Assembly: GCA_964016885.1 (NCBI GenBank)
Contig: OZ024756.1
Coordinates: 38,378,001 to 38,442,000, forward strand
Direction of reading: 5' to 3'
Length of the DNA: 64,000 bases
Source: Eledone cirrhosa
Taxonomy: Eukaryota
The stretch's first letter is position 1. The number at the start of each line of letters is the position of its first letter. Under the pieces are notes generated by a model. It was not told the DNA's origin. It ran no database searches and saw only the letters and a program-made list of their open reading frames with translations. The position numbers and the translations under genes are program-made. Below are positions 1 to 13,779 of this stretch, piece by piece.

Positions 1-289
1 ATGGGATATTGCTGTTATACATAACTTAATCATGTATTTATATATACATGCATATACACACATATATATATATGTTCATGTATGTATGTATGTGTGTGTG
101 TAATACACACACTGGTATACGTTTTTCAGGTTGTAAGCACTAACAGAACTCTATACACACAGTGTACAGCAGAGTTGAGTAGAGAACAGTAGAGGGAGAT
201 AATCTATTTTATATTACTGTTGTGAACAAAAGGTGGAAGGACAAAATGTATAATGCAATAACTGCCACTTATTGACATTATATACATAT

Positions 290-402
290 ATATATATAAT
301 TGTTTCTACTATTGGCACAAGGCCAGCAATTACCCAGTAAAGTACCAGTAATGTACTGGGTAATTGCTGGCCTTGTGCCAATAGTAGAAACAATTATATA
401 TA
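290..402. repeat. Palindrome formed from two inverted copies of the SINE 3' tail, flanked by (TA)n
   Basis: ataattgtttctactattggcacaaggccagcaattacccagta ... tactgggtaattgctggccttgtgccaatagtagaaacaattat. Confidence 0.85.
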
Positions 403-469
403 TATATATATAATGTATATAATTTGGTAAAGTCGAGACAGTACTCAAACTGTGGGAAGATTGTACACA

Positions 470-653
470 GATATTTATTAAACTATGGTATCATTTAGGT
501 ACAATTGTTTCTGTGGCTGTTTATTGGAGATTCTCACCGAGACAGGCCCCCAGATCTTCAGCATATATGAATCTATTTTGTAATATAATAGACTCAATAT
601 AGGCTAAGAAACCATAGTTTGTGTGATATATATATATATTTTATATATATATT

Positions 654-684
<31 letters not shown>

Positions 685-787
685 CAACAGCATTATAGAA
701 TTTTGATAGGTTGTTTTATATTTTACAGACATTAGAAAGGGACAGAAAAAAGGGAGGTTAGTGATATTCATTGTACTGCAGCATTTA

Positions 788-825
<38 letters not shown>

Positions 826-1232
826 ACTAGTGATAAACAGCTGGTAGAGGGCAGCAAAGACATTAGAAAATATAAAACCCCCCAAAATTATCAAGTAGAC
901 CACACTGGCTGCAAATGAGCAGCAAAGTTTTAAGACACTTTGGTCAAATTGTTGTTTGGTGTTCGAGAAGAGATGTGATGGATATTAAAAAACAAATACA
1001 ATTTGTTCAACACACTCATGTCAATTGTTCTTTTACACAATGACAAATGTCTCAGTTCATGTTTCTGGTTAAATCAGTTGCTGCTGTTGTCGTCGGTGGT
1101 GGTGGTGTTGTTGCTGTTGCTGGTGTTGTTGCTGCTGCTGTTGGTGGTGGTGGTGGTGGTGTTGTTGCTGCCCTCTCGATAGGAAAGTAGTTTCAGGCTG
1201 ATATTCACAAAGTGATCAAGCTTTTGCAGCTC
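470..1232 (-). other. Probable terminal (3' UTR) exon of the Ig gene
   Basis: Strong acceptor ttattttttctaccaatttctacag|GAG at 1233-1234; its first bases complete a stop codon from either exon 10 (TA|G) or exon 9 (T|GA); AATAAA on the minus strand near 474-479 and 520-525. The 3' end is uncertain. Confidence 0.5.
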
Positions 1233-3534
1233 CTGTAGAAATTGGTAGAAAAAATAAGAGAATATAAACAAGAAGAACATTTTAAAAGAAACCCCAAAAA
1301 AGAAAGCACTTGATGACATCAGAATTGTCCATATTTGGAATAAATTAACAAAAAACAAAAAAAAAAAACAAAAAAACAATTCTCAAACAGCATTTATTAA
1401 TGTGAGTGGAGTGTGGTTTATATACTGGTAGGAGTGGAGTGTGGTTTAACTCTTAACCTCCTGTAATGATTTATGAGAAAATATTTTTAAATGTTTTTGT
1501 TCAAATATTTATAGTATCTTTACTGGTGGATAGATTGTGAAAATTTACAATATTAGAGTAAATATTGAAATTTTTTATGACAATCATAGTGCTGTTTTGG
1601 ACTTTTCAATATAGGAAACCTGTATGGTTTAAATGTGGGAAACATGAATATTTTAAGTATTGAAGAGAGGAGAATGTTTTAAATGTGGCCAGACAGAAGT
1701 ATGGTTTAAATTTAGAAAACAAGAGTGGTTTAAATATTTAAGGGAGTAAAATGGTCTAAATATTTAAGGGAGTAGAATGGTTTAAATGGTGACAGAGTGG
1801 GGAGAATGGTTTAAATATTCGAAGAACTCAACAAGTCTTTAAATATAAATTACAAAGAAAGACTTGGGTGGAGATGGTGAAAACTGATCTCAAACCACAG
1901 CAGCTCAGAGAGAGAGAGTGACAAAGGATTACAATAAGGGAAGGGATGCGGTACTGGAAAAGACTTGTCCAACCCATGCTAGCATGGAAAAGTGGACATA
2001 AAATGATGACAACAAAACCTACCAATATCAACTCAGCTAATATTTATTTAACTTCTTAAAAGGCAACTTAATAATTCAGTTAAATGCCAAGAATGTTGCT
2101 GATGATGGGGACAGACAATGAATATGTTCTAATTGAATCTCATTAGCTGTGTTTATGACTGCTTTCATACTATCTCCCAATCAAAGACTGTTCAATGAAG
2201 AAAAATATTTTTATTAACCCTTTAGCATTTACATTATTCTATATTTGCTATTGTATTTTTGTGGTAAAGGTTTTATGCTACATAATTACCTCAGATAATA
2301 TCGAATCTACAAGATTTTGATATTTCTTAATGCCTGCATGAGTGGCTGGCTACAGCTGGTTTGAACAGAGAAAGGTGAGAGAATCCTGGCCAGATATGGC
2401 CAGTTTAAATGCTAAAGAGTTAACCTAAACAACACCAAACAACCCTGGGTCTACGATATGAAACTTTGTTTTTAGTTGTTTATATTTATTTTAAAAACCT
2501 ATGTTAAGTTATGTTCCAAACACCAGCTTAATGAATGAGAAAGTCTTTTAGTTTACCAAATCCTTCCAAATTCTTGTTTTTTTTTGGCAAAATTTTGTAA
2601 AAATCAAAGGCCGTGTCTAACATTAGAAATATAGTATCAAAAAGATTAAAGTGTTTATATTTATTTAAAAACCTTCTATCGTAATTTTATGTAAAAAAAC
2701 TTCCCAAAACCAATTTAATGAGATCAGTTATATTAGCAACCTATCAAAATGTTTGATTATCTTAAAAATTACTTAAATTTAAGGACATCAGATATATGTT
2801 AACAAAAAGATTAAATTGTTTATATTTATCTAAAAATGTTCCAGCATAATTTTAGGTAAGGACCTTCTTTATGTTACATTCCAAACACCAGCTTAGTAAT
2901 GAGAAAATTATATTATTAAATCTCTCCAAATTCTTGATTATTTCCAAACTTATTTAAAAGCCATAGGCAGTGTCTTTCATTAGAAATATGGTAATGAAAG
3001 GATTAAAGACAATGTTTTTCATTAGAAACATGGCAATGGAAGGGTTAAAATTTAGAGTTCTCCAGTTGACACTTTCCAAAACGTGAATTTGTTACAATGA
3101 CTAAAATATCTGACACTTCTTATTGCTTTAATGCACTGAAGCCTTATATATACACACATACATATGTATATAGTGAAGGGATTAGACATTAACTGAATAA
3201 AGCACTCAATACAGAATACATGTTTTAATCTTTCAAAGTTTCACTCTTATGTAATTCCTTCAAGATCCTGAAGTCGGAAGAGGTTACTTAAAGCTAAAAA
3301 CAAGTTTCAAATCACTACCACCACTTTCTTTGGAAAATAGCATATATATATATATATGTATATATATGTGTGTGTGTGTGTGTTTATATATATATACACA
3401 GAGGTATCCACAGTAAGTTGTGGGGTCTATTCTGTATGAAGAACTCAATGTAATCCATATGTTGAAAATGTTGCAGGTTAAGATAAATCTCGGAAAACAA
3501 TAAAACATTAAAAGGAAACAGAGTCATGATATAA

Positions 3535-3839
3535 GTTAAAACAATGAAATAAAAAATCAAGTCATTAGAGATATACTTCACTGCTTTACGATCGTTTCTA
3601 GGTGATAATACATTGTATCTATACTCCGTTATTGATCTATGTAAGGTTAGTTACAAAATATCAGATAAAGAGAATATTTACTTACATGCATATCACCAGC
3701 TGTTTTCAAAAGCAATAATGTAACTAAACTTACATAGATCAATAACGGAGTATAGCTACAATGTATCATCACCTAGAAACGATCGCAAAGCAGTGAAGTA
3801 TATCTCTAATAACTTGATTTTTTATTTCATTGTTTTAAC
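3535..3839. repeat. Inverted repeat, ~120-bp arms (3535-3655 / 3719-3839), ~63-nt loop
   Basis: Arms are reverse complements with only a few mismatches. Confidence 0.9.
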
Positions 3840-3889
3840 GTGTGTGTGTGTGTGTGTGAGTGTGTGAGTGTGAGTGTGAGTGTGTGAGT

Positions 3890-3938
<49 letters not shown>

Positions 3939-4585
3939 GACATACATATATATAGACATACATATATATATACACACATACATATATATGTATATTTAAG
4001 GTTCAACATAGCCTGCTAAAAGGTTAAAGTGTTTTTATTCATCTAAAACCCTTCCATTATACTTCTATGTAAGAACTTTTGTTAAGTTACATTCCAACCA
4101 CCAACCTAATAATTTTACTAAAACCTTCCAAATTCTTTATTTTCAAAATTATTTAAAAATCAGTATTTAGAAATACGCTAACGAACGAGTAAAAGATTCC
4201 ATGATAAAATCTGAAGGTATAAATTATCGGAATGTCAGTTGACACCAGATGGTTTGTTGCTTCCATAAAAATAGACCAGACATTGACCAACGATCATAGT
4301 TATGTCATTAAGTGGTCAAGTACAACATTAACATCATTGGTCAGCTAAAGATTGACTGCGCTGTTCATTGTGCAGATGTCACCATAACTGGTTATTACTT
4401 AGTCTGATAAAGTGCACACACAAAACAGTTCAATGGTGGTGATAGTAGTAGTAGTGGTGGTGGTAGTAGGTGTGGGGGTAGTAGTGGTGGTGGTAATAGT
4501 AATAGTACTAGTACTAGTAGCAGCAGTGGAGGTAGTAATACTAGTAGTAGCAGGTAGAAACTGAGGTGTAGGAAGAGATTTAGGA

Positions 4586-7500
4586 GGCCAGCAATCTGTT
4601 GACTTGTAGCCCTGGTCCTACACCATCAGACTTACTAAAGGCCAGCAATCTGTTGACTTGTAGCCCTGGTCCTACACCATCAGACTTACTAAAGGCCAGC
4701 AATCTGTTGACTTGTAGCCCTGGTCTTACACCACCACCAGACTTACTAAAGGCCAGCAATCTGTTGACTTGTAGCCCTGGTCCTACACCACCACCAGACT
4801 TACTAAAGGCCAGCAATCTGTTGACTTGTAGCCCTGGTCCTACACCACCATCAGACTTACTAAAGGCCAGCAATCTGTTGACTTGTAGCCCTGGTCCTAC
4901 ACCATCAGACTTACTAAAGGCCAGCAATCTGTTGACTTGTAGCCCTGGTCCTACACCATCAGACTTACTAAAGGCCAGCAATCTGTTGACTTGTAGCCCT
5001 GGTCCTACACCATCAGACTTACTAAAGGCCAGCAATCTGTTGACTTGTAGCCCTGGTCTTACACCATCAGACTTACTAAGGCCAGCAATCTGTTGACTTG
5101 TAGCCCTGGTCTTACACCACCACCAGACTTACTAAAGGCCAGCAATCTGTTGACTTGTAGCCCTGGTCCTACACCATCAGACTTACTAAAGGCCAGCAAT
5201 CTGTTGACTTGTAGCCCTGGTCCTACACCATCACACTTACTAAAGGCCAGCAATCTGTTGACTTGTAGCCCTGGTCCTACACCACCACCAGACTTACTAA
5301 AGGCCAGCATTCTGTTGACTTGTAGCCCTGGTCCTACACCACCACCAGACTTACTAAAGGCCAGCAATCTGTTGACTTGTAGCCCTGGTCTTACACCACC
5401 ACCAGACTTACTAAAGGCCAGCAATCTGTTGACTTGTAGCCCTGGTCCTACACCACCACCAGACTTACTAAAGGCCAGCAATCTGTTGACTTGTAGCCCT
5501 GGTCCTACACCACCATCAGACTTACTAAAGGCCAGCAATCTGTTGACTTGTAGCCCTGGTCCTACACCATCAGACTTACTAAAGGCCAGCAATCTGTTGA
5601 CTTGTAGCCCTGGTCCTACACCATCAGACTTACTAAAGGCCAGCAATCTGTTGACTTGTAGCCCTGGTCCTACACCATCAGACTTACTAAAGGCCAGCAA
5701 TCTGTTGACTTGTAGCCCTGGTCCTACACCATCAGACTTACTAAAGGCCAGCAATCTGTTGACTTGTAGCCCTGGTCCTACACCATCAGACTTACTAAAG
5801 GCCAGCAATCTGTTGACTTGTAGCCCTGGTCCTACACCATCAGACTTACTAAAGGCCAGCAATCTGTTGACTTGTAGCCCTGGTCCTACACCATCAGACT
5901 TACTAAAGGCCAGCAATCTGTTGACTTGTAGCCCTGGTCCTACACCATCAGACTTACTAAAGGCCAGCAATCTGTTGACTTGTAGCCCTGGTCTTACACC
6001 ATCAGACTTACTAAGGCCAGCAATCTGTTGACTTGTAGCCCTGGTCTTACACCACCACCAGACTTACTAAAGGCCAGCAATCTGTTGACTTGTAGCCCTG
6101 GTCCTACACCATCAGACTTACTAAAGGCCAGCAATCTGTTGACTTGTAGCCCTGGTCCTACACCATCACACTTACTAAAGGCCAGCAATCTGTTGACTTG
6201 TAGCCCTGGTCCTACACCACCACCAGACTTACTAAAGGCCAGCATTCTGTTGACTTGTAGCCCTGGTCCTACACCACCACCAGACTTACTAAAGGCCAGC
6301 AATCTGTTGACTTGTAGCCCTGGTCCTACACCACCACCAGACTTACTAAAGGCCAGCAATCTGTTGACTTGTAGCCCTGGTCCTACACCACCACCAGACT
6401 TACTAAAGGCCAGCAATCTGTTGCCTTGTAGCCCTGGTCCTACACCATCACCAGACTTACTAAAGGCCAGCAATCTGTTGACTTGTAGCCCTGGTCCTAC
6501 ACCACCAGACTTACTAAAGGCCAGCAATCTGTTGACTTGTAGCCCTGGTCCTACACCATCACCAGACTTACTAAAGGCCAGCAATCTGTTGACTTGTAGC
6601 CCTGGTCCTACACCACCAGACTTACCAAAGGCCAGCAATCTGTTGACTTGTAGCCCTGGTCCTACACCATCACCAGACTTACTAAAGGCCAGCAATCTGT
6701 TGACTTGTAGCCCTGGTCCTACACCACCAGACTTACTAAAGGCCAGCAATCTGTTGACTTGTAGCCCTGGTCCTACACCACCACCAGACTTACTAAAGGC
6801 CAGCAATCTGTTGACTTGTAGCCCTGGTCCTACACCACCACAAGACTTACTAAAGGCCAGCAATCTGTTGACTTGTAGCCATGGTCCTACACCACCACCA
6901 GACTTACTAAAGGCCAGCAATCTGTTGACTTGTAGCCCTGGCCTTACACCACCACCAGACTTACTAAAGGCCAGCAATCTGTTGACTTGTAGCCCTGGTC
7001 CTACACCATCAGACTTACTAAAGGCCAGCAATCTGTTGACTTGTAGCCCTGGTCCTACACCACCACCAGACTTACTAAAGGCCAGCAATCTGTTGACTTG
7101 TAGCCCTGGTCCTACACCATCAGACTTACTAAAGGCCAGCAATCTGTTGACTTGTAGCCCTGGTCCTACACCATCAGACTTACTAAAGGCCAGCAATCTG
7201 TTGACTTGTAGCCCTGGTCCTACACCATCAGACTTACTAAAGGCCAGCAATCTGTTGACTTGTAGCCCTGGTCCTACACCATCAGACTTACTAAAGGCCA
7301 GCAATCTGTTGACTTGTAGCCCTGGTCCTACACCACCACCAGACTTACTAAAGGCCAGCAATCTGTTGACTTGTAGCCCTGGTCTTACACCATCAGACTT
7401 ACTAAGGCCAGCAATCTGTTGACTTGTAGCCCTGGTCTTACACCACCACCAGACTTACTAAAGGCCAGCAATCTGTTGACCTGTAGCCCTGGTCCTACAC

Positions 7501-10500
7501 CAACAGACTTACTAAAGGCCAGCAATCTGTTGACTTGTAGCCCTGGTCCTACACCACCACCAGACTTACTAAAGGCCAGCAATCTGTTGACTTGTAGCCC
7601 TGGTCCTACACCATCACCAGACTTACTAAAGGCCAGCAATCTGTTGACTTGTAGCCCTGGTCCTACACCACCACCAGACTTACTAAAGGCCAGCAATCTG
7701 TTGACTTGTAGCCCTGGTCCTACACCATCACCAGACTTACTAAAGGCCAGCAATCTGTTGACTTGTAGCCCTGGTCCTACACCACCACCAGACTTACTAA
7801 AGGCCAGCAATCTGTTGACTTGTAGCCCTGGTCCTACACCACCACCAGACTTACTAAAGGCCAGCAATCTGTTGACTTGTAGCCCTGGTCCTACACCACC
7901 ACAAGACTTACTAAAGGCCAGCAATCTGTTGACTTGTAGCTATGGTCCTACACCACCACCAGACTTACTAAAGGCCAGCAATCTGTTGACTTGTAGCCCT
8001 GGTCCTACACCACCACCAGACTTACTAAAGGCCAGCAATCTGTTGACTTGTAGCCCTGGTCCTACACCACCACCAGACTTACTAAAGGCCAGCAATCTGT
8101 TGACTTGTAGCCCTGGTCCTACACCACCACCAGACTTACTAAAGGCCAGCAATCTGTTGACTTGTAGCCCTGGTCCTACACTACCACCAGACTTACTAAA
8201 GGCCAGCAATCTGTTGACTTGTAGCCCTGGTCCTACACCACCACCAGACTTACTAAAGGCCAGCAATCTGTTGACTTGTAGCCCTGGTCCTACACCACCA
8301 CAAGACTTACTAAAGGCCAGCAATCTGTTGACTTGTAGCCCTGGTCCTACACCACCACCAGACTTACTAAAGGCCAGCAATCTGTTGACTTGTAGCCCTG
8401 GTCTTACACCACCACCAGACTTACTAAAGGCCAGCAATCTGTTGACTTGTAGCCCTGGTCCTACACCACCACCAGACTTACTAAAGGCCAGCAATCTGTT
8501 GACTTGTAGCCCTGGTCCTACACCACCACCAGACTTACTAAAGGCCAGCAATCTGTTGACTTGTAGCCCTGGTCCTACACCACCACTAGACTTACTAAAG
8601 GCCAGCAATCTGTTGACTTGTAGCCCTGGTCCTACACTACCAGACTTACTAAAGGCCAGCAATCTGTTGACTTGTAGCCCTGGTCCTACACCACCAGACT
8701 TACTAAAGGCCAGCAATCTGTTGACTTGTAGCCCTGGTCCTACACCACCACCAGACTTACTAAAGGCCAGCAATCTGTTGACTTGTAGCCCTGGTCCTAC
8801 ACCACCACCAGACTTACTAAAGGCCAGCAATCTGTTGACTTGTAGCCCTGGTCCTACACCACCACCAGACTTACTAAAGGCCAGCAATCTGTTGACTTGT
8901 AGCCCTGGTCCTACACCACCACAAGACTTACTAAAGGCCAGCAATCTGTTGACTTGTAGCTATGGTCCTACACCACCACCAGACTTACTAAAGGCCAGCA
9001 ATCTGTTGACTTGTAGCCCTGGTCCTACACCACCACCAGACTTACTAAAGGCCAGCAATCTGTTGACTTGTAGCCCTGGTCCTACACCACCACCAGACTT
9101 ACTAAAGGCCAGCAATCTGTTGACTTGTAGCCCTGGTCCTACACCACCACCAGACTTACTAAAGGCCAGCAATCTGTTGACTTGTAGCCCTGGTCCTACA
9201 CTACCACCAGACTTACTAAAGGCCAGCAATCTGTTGACTTGTAGCCCTGGTCCTACACCACCACCAGACTTACTAAAGGCCAGCAATCTGTTGACTTGTA
9301 GCCCTGGTCCTACACCATCACAAGACTTACTAAAGGCCAGCAATCTGTTGACTTGTAGCCCTGGTCCTACACCATCAGACTTACTAAAGGCCAGCAATCT
9401 GTTGACTTGTAGCCCTGGTCCTACACCATCAGACTTACTAAAGGCCAGCAATCTGTTGACTTGTAGCCCTGGTCTTACACCACCACCAGACTTACTAAAG
9501 GCCAGCAATCTGTTGACTTGTAGCCCTGGTCCTACACCACCACCAGACTTACTAAAGGCCAGCAATCTGTTGACTTGTAGCCCTGGTCCTACACCACCAC
9601 CAGACTTACTAAAGGCCAGCAATCTGTTGACTTGTAGCCCTGGTCCTACACCACCACTAGACTTACTAAAGGCCAGCAATCTGTTGACTTGTAGCCCTGG
9701 TCCTACACTACCAGACTTACTAAAGGCCAGCAATCTGTTGACTTGTAGCCCTGGTCCTACACCACCAGACTTACTAAAGGCCAGCAATCTGTTGACTTGT
9801 AGCCCTGGTCCTACACCACCACCAGACTTACTAAAGGCCAGCAATCTGTTGACTTGTAGCCCTGGTCCTACACCACCACCAGACTTACTAAAGGCCAGCA
9901 ATCTGTTGACTTGTAGCCCTGGTCCTACACCACCACCAGACTTACTAAAGGCCAGCAATCTGTTGACTTGTAGCCCTGGTCCTACACCACCACAAGACTT
10001 ACTAAAGGCCAGCAATCTGTTGACTTGTAGCTATGGTCCTACACCACCACCAGACTTACTAAAGGCCAGCAATCTGTTGACTTGTAGCCCTGGTCCTACA
10101 CCACCACCAGACTTACTAAAGGCCAGCAATCTGTTGACTTGTAGCCCTGGTCCTACACCACCACCAGACTTACTAAAGGCCAGCAATCTGTTGACTTGTA
10201 GCCCTGGTCCTACACCACCACCAGACTTACTAAAGGCCAGCAATCTGTTGACTTGTAGCCCTGGTCCTACACTACCACCAGACTTACTAAAGGCCAGCAA
10301 TCTGTTGACTTGTAGCCCTGGTCCTACACCACCACCAGACTTACTAAAGGCCAGCAATCTGTTGACTTGTAGCCCTGGTCCTACACCACCACAAGACTTA
10401 CTAAAGGCCAGCAATCTGTTGACTTGTAGCCCTGGTCCTACACCACCACCAGACTTACTAAAGGCCAGCAATCTGTTGACTTGTAGCCCTGGTCTTACAC

Positions 10501-11026
10501 CACCACCAGACTTACTAAAGGCCAGCAATCTGTTGACTTGTAGCCCTGGTCCTACACCACCACCAGACTTACTAAAGGCCAGCAATCTGTTGACTTGTAG
10601 CCCTGGTCCTACACCACCACCAGACTTACTAAAGGCCAGCAATCTGTTGACTTGTAGCCCTGGTCCTACACCACCACCAGACTTACTAAAGGCCAGCAAT
10701 CTGTTGACTTGTAGCCCTGGTCCTACACTACCAGACTTACTAAAGGCCAGCAATCTGTTGACTTGTAGCCCTGGTCCTACACCACCAGACTTACTAAAGG
10801 CCAGCAATCTGTTGACTTGTAGCCCTGGTCCTACACCACCACCAGACTTACTAAAGGCCAGCAATCTGTTGACTTGTAGCCCTGGTCCTACACCACCACC
10901 AGACTTACTAAAGGCCAGCAATCTGTTGACTTGTAGCCCTGGTCCTACACCACCACCAGACTTACTAAAGGCCAGCAATCTGTTGACTTGTAGCCCTGGT
11001 CCTACACCACCACCAGACTTACTAAA
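4586..11026. repeat. 6.4-kb minisatellite, 57/60-bp unit GGCCAGCAATCTGTTGACTTGTAGCCCTGGTCCTACACCA(CCA)YCAGACTTACTAAA, ~110 copies
   Basis: Direct reading; near-identical units; unit length divisible by 3 explains the long stop-free ORFs on both strands. Confidence 0.98.
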
Positions 11027-11029
11027 CAT
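11022..11029 (-). CDS. Exon 10: predicted 7-nt microexon / last coding bases (T|AT GTT TAG = YV-stop)
   Basis: First AG (gaaaag) after a ~55-nt AG-free, T-rich tract; followed by GTAAGT donor at 11022; gives C-terminal EAYV whether spliced or read through. Acceptor is AAG rather than YAG, so lower confidence. Confidence 0.55.
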
Positions 11030-11149
11030 CTTTTCAGGTGACATTCGCAGTTGATGACAAAGATAAAAAAATTGAACAAAATTTAACTATAAAAAAAATT
11101 TTTTGTTTGGTTGTTTAAAGTTTGTGTTACAGAACATTGGGCATGGCGG

Positions 11150-11671
11150 AATATACACACCCACATATATATATATATACAAACACACATATATATATAT
11201 ATATACACACACATATATATATATACACCCACATATATATATACACACCCACATATATATATACACACACCCCCACACACACACATATATATATATATAT
11301 GCACACACACACATATATATGCACACACATATATATATGCACACACACACATATATACACATCCACACATATATATATACACCCACACACATATATATAC
11401 ACACACCCACACACATATATATATACACACACCCACACACACACATATATATATATAAATATACACACACGCACACACATATATATATATACACCCACAC
11501 ACATATATATATATATACACCCACACACATATATATATATATACACCCACACACATATATATATATATACACCCACACACATATATATATATATACACCC
11601 ACACACATATATATATATATATACACCCACACACATATATATATACACCCACACACATATATATATACACC

Positions 11672-11703
<32 letters not shown>

Positions 11704-11768
11704 CACCCACATATACATATACACACACCCACATATATACACTCACATATATTTACACTCATATATAT

Positions 11769-11801
<33 letters not shown>

Positions 11802-11862
11802 CACACATACACATATATAAATATATACATACACATATATATATACACACATATATATATAT
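11150..11862. repeat. Compound (CA)n/(TA)n microsatellite
   Basis: Direct reading. Confidence 0.95.
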
Positions 11863-12012
11863 AAGGAATTGAACCCATATCTTCTAGATGGGGTTCAATT
11901 CATTATAGCAGCCACTGGCAACTTCTTTTCCCGTCTTTTCAGGGTCTCCACCCTATTTTATAAACTATCTTTATAGCATTTCTGTGCTTGAGCCCTTTAT
12001 ATATATATATAT

Positions 12013-12048
<36 letters not shown>

Positions 12049-12119
12049 TCTCAGTGCTTCAGAAGCCGAAAATTCGGCTTTGTACATCGTATATATATAC
12101 ACACACATACATACATAAA

Positions 12120-12201
<82 letters not shown>

Positions 12202-12372
12202 GTAGAATAATCGAGTATCGAAAAATCGGCGCACGAGTTCACGATAAACAAAATTCGAGATGAGCGGCAGAGGGCTCTATAATTCAAATAAATTAGAGCT
12301 ATAACTATCGTTAAAATACCGTCACACGTAGAATATGTCTACAATCAACCAAATAACCGAAAAAATATATAT

Positions 12373-12580
12373 ATAGGAACGAGTAGGACCCCGACGGCTG
12401 AGCTCAAACCGTTTCGACGGCTAATTCTGGACTAAAATCAGTCCAGAATTAACCGTCGAAACGGCTTGAGCTCAGCCGTCGGGGTCCTACTTGTTCCTAT
12501 TACCCACTCTACTACCCTAAGTATTGAGTACTTTGGTGCGTTATGGTCCACCTGGTTCCTTACCACATTTCCTTCGTTAT
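12373..12580. mobile_element. Palindromic non-autonomous element in (TA)n (128-bp hairpin plus ~80-bp unique tail), copy 1
   Basis: Near-perfect hairpin 12373-12500; second full copy inverted at 50758-50965; partial copies near 43495-44070 and 51415-51880. Confidence 0.75.
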
Positions 12581-12729
12581 ATATATATATATATATATAT
12601 TTATTAAAATAACAGATTAAAGTTTAAGCAAAGAATCGCTGCTTTCACCCTTAACAGTTCTTATATATCTGACATATATTTATTCTTATCGAGCCCTCTT
12701 TGGATTTTAGTCTTCAAATTTATTATTAT

Positions 12730-12769
<40 letters not shown>

Positions 12770-12977
12770 TTGTGTAGTACACAACCAAAGTATTTAAAAC
12801 ATTCTGACTGTAGATGAAGCAACTAAGCTGAAACTTCAAAGTCACTACCACTTTTCTACTTAGAAAATAAAATTCTACATTCTAACCACCAGGTATTGAG
12901 TGCTCATTTGGTTATGGTTTAAATTCTTGAACTGCTACGGTATTTTAAACATATATTCTAATATACATATATATATA

Positions 12978-13300
12978 TCATCATCATCATTTAACTTCCA
13001 TCTTCCACGCTAGCATGGTTTAGACGGTTTTGTTCCACTTGATGTGGGAATGGTCGGGAGACTGTGTGTCGCTCGTACGGAAGTCTCTCTGGCAGGTTTA
13101 TCATCATCATCATCATTTAACGTCTATCTTCCACGCTAGCATGGGTTTAGACGGGAATTGTCTCACTTGAGGCAAGATTGGTCGTCTCGCTCGTATAGGA
13201 CTGTCTGGTAAGTTTTCTACGGCTGGATGCCCTTCCTAACATCAACCACGTTTACAGTGTGGACTGGGAGGTTTTTACCGTGTTACCTACACGGCCACAT
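12978..13300 (-). mobile_element. SINE fragments with CATGCTAGCRTGGAARATGGACGTTAAATGATGATG tail (second SINE family)
   Basis: The same tail or the core 'ttctacggctggatgcccttcctaac' recurs at 13480-13760, 36820-36975, 41810-42050, 44110-44245, 52756-52797 and 1960-2010. Confidence 0.7.
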
Positions 13301-13358
13301 TGTATACATTATATATATATAGTAATAATAATTACGAAGAATAAAATTTGTACTAATA

Positions 13359-13401
<43 letters not shown>

Positions 13402-13779
13402 AAATTTCAAAGAAATCCAGTACAGCCATCACTTTAAATAGAGTATGACTTGGTGGTACGTGTCATACTTTCACTGAGGATCATCATCATCATCACCATT
13501 TTACGTCTGTTCTTCCATGCTAGCATGGGTTAGATGGGTTGTCCTGTTGTGGGCAGTGTCCGGTCGGCTGGCCTTGTCTTGCTCATATGGGAACTGATTC
13601 TGGCTTGATTTCTACAGCTGGATGCCCTTCCTAACCCCAACCTCATTTACAGTGAGTGCTGGGTGCTTTTTTTCCGTGGCGCCTACACGTCTACTTTACA
13701 GTGAGTGCTGGGTGCTTTTTTGCCATGGCACCTCCACGACCACTTTGCAGTGGGAGGGTGTGGGGGCATATTGTCTATA

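Noticed and set aside
7419-11054. 1211-aa repeat protein (TCSPGPTPPPDLLKASNLL)n and its antisense ORFs
   Set aside because: Open on both strands only because the unit is 57/60 bp without stops; frameshifting units recur, there is no true ATG start, and it lies within or after the antisense Ig gene.
11023-11086. 64-nt exon using the TAG acceptor at 11087-11088
   Set aside because: In the required phase it gives a low-complexity T-rich peptide and an early stop; it looks more like the pyrimidine tract of the downstream AG. Not fully excluded.
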